Below are positions 18,601 to 20,000 of a stretch of 20,000 bases of DNA, in pieces. Made by a program: the position numbers and the translations under genes. Position 1 is the stretch's first letter. Each line of letters starts with the position of its first letter. Source of the DNA: Raillietiella orientalis (Eukaryota); assembly GCA_036172245.1 (NCBI GenBank), contig JAYWIR010000084.1:293545-313544 (forward strand), given 5' to 3'. Below the pieces are notes generated by a model that worked only from the letters and a program-made list of their open reading frames with translations, was not told the DNA's origin and did not search any database.

Positions 18601-20000
18601 TATAATGTCGATTACATCTTTAAGCTCCTTCCGAGCATCCGAACGGATTCCTTTCCCCGTGGATGCAACGGCACCTTTATCACATCCCCACTTCCTCGGA
18701 ATCCCTTGCTCCAAGGGAAGAAATCATAGGAGAACCGAACTAATTTCAAGATGGCAGGATTTGTGTTAGTCTGGTTTTCATGGCAACCATTTTTGCAATG
18801 GACAGATGAAGTTTTTTACCCTCCATCTTTCTTATTTCAGTGCAAATTTGCAGTGTCTGGTGATTTCAAGACAATTTCTATAATGTCTATTGCATCGTTC
18901 GGCTCCTTCCGAGCATCCGAACGGATTCCTTTCCCCGTGGATGCAACGGAACCTTTATCACATCCCCACTTCCTCGGAATCCCTTGCTCCAAGGGAAGAA
19001 ATCATAGGAGAACCGAACTAATTTCAAGATGGCAGGATTGGTGTTAGTCTGGTTTTCATGGCAACCATTTTTGCAATGGACAGATGAAGTTTTTTACCCT
19101 CCATCTTCCTTTTTTCAGTGCAAATTTGCAGTGTCTGCTGATATCTAATCAATTTCTAAAATGTCGATTACATCTTTAAGCTCCTTCCGAGCATCCGAAC
19201 GGATTCCTTTCCCCGTGGATGCAACGGAACCTTTATCACATCCCCACTTCCTCGGAATCCCTTGCTCCAAGGGAAGAAATCATAGGAGAACCGAACTAAT
19301 TTCAAGATGGCAGGATTGGTGTTAGTCTGGTTTTCATGGCAACCTTTTTTGCAATGGACAGATGAAGTTTTTTACCCTCCATCTTCCTTTTTCAGTGCAA
19401 ATTTGCAGTGTCTGGTGATTTCAAGACAATTTCTATAATGTCTATTGCATCGTTCGGCTCCTTCCGAGCATCCGAACGGATTCCTTTCCCCGTGGATGCA
19501 ACGGAACCTTCATCACATCCCCACTTCCTCGGAATCCCTTGCTCCAAGGGAAGAAATCATAGGAGAACCGAACTAATTTCAAGATGGCAGGATTGGTGTT
19601 AGTCTGGTTTTCATGGCAACCATTTTTGCAATGGACAGATGAAGTTTTTTACCCTCCATCTTCCTTTTTTCAGTGCAAATTTGCAGTGTCTGCTGATATC
19701 TAATTAATTTCTATAATGTCGATTACATCTTTAACCTCCTTTTGAGCATCCGAACGGATTCCTTTCCCCATGAATGCAAAGGCACCTTTATCACATCCCC
19801 ACTTCCTCGGAATCCCTTGCTCCAAGGGAAGAAATCATAGGAGAACCGAACTAATTTCAAGATGGCAGGATTGGTGTTAGTCTGGTTTTCATGGCAACCA
19901 TTTTTGCAATGGACAGATGAAGTTTTTTACCCTCCATCTTCCTTTTTTCAGTGCAAATTTGCAGTGTCTGCTGATATCTAATTAATTTCTATAATGTCGA

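Larger units (their letters stand above)
1..20000 (+). repeat. Tandem satellite DNA array, 277-278 bp monomer, about 72 monomer-equivalents, head-to-tail, apparently continuing past both window edges; family not recognised
   Basis: The anchor AGAACCGAACTAATTTCAAGATGGCAGG recurs, with minor variants, at 1, 279, 557, 835, 1113, 1391, 1669, 1947, 2225, 2502, 2780 ... 19287, 19564 and 19842. No unique sequence lies between copies. Near-identical ORFs recur at offsets that are multiples of ~278 (299 to 1411 = 4 x 278). Confidence 0.99.

Noticed and set aside
299..19602. Repeated + strand ORFs of 64-107 aa (MAGLVLVWFSWQPF..., MSGDFKTISIMS...)
   Set aside because: The monomer length of 277-278 is not a multiple of 3. 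A-type units have an in-frame TAA and T-tract indels shift the frame freely. I recognise no domain, and the ORFs merely track monomer variants.
1..20000. CRISPR array
   Set aside because: There are no unique spacers. The entire 278-bp unit is repeated and no cas genes are present.

Overview
The whole 20 kb window is one uninterrupted head-to-tail tandem array, most likely eukaryotic satellite DNA (centromeric, pericentromeric or other heterochromatic). The monomer is 277-278 bp and about 42% GC (hand count on 1-278). There are about 72 monomer-equivalents, all in one orientation. I do not recognise the family. I see no credible protein-coding gene, RNA gene, transposon or CRISPR array; the listed ORFs recur at monomer spacing and are by-products of the repeat. 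The interest is internal structure: (1) two central-block haplotypes, A and B, differing at 9 linked sites in 42 bp; (2) near-strict A/B alternation in the last ~5 kb (an emerging ~555-bp dimer); (3) dispersed multi-monomer duplications with whole-monomer indels and chimeric units; (4) islands of a more divergent subfamily; (5) one 142-bp out-of-register deletion at 13761/13762; (6) several dyad symmetries per monomer, one with a possible compensatory base-pair change. I found no evidence for a new protein-based system. Monomer typing was done by eye and needs confirming by alignment.
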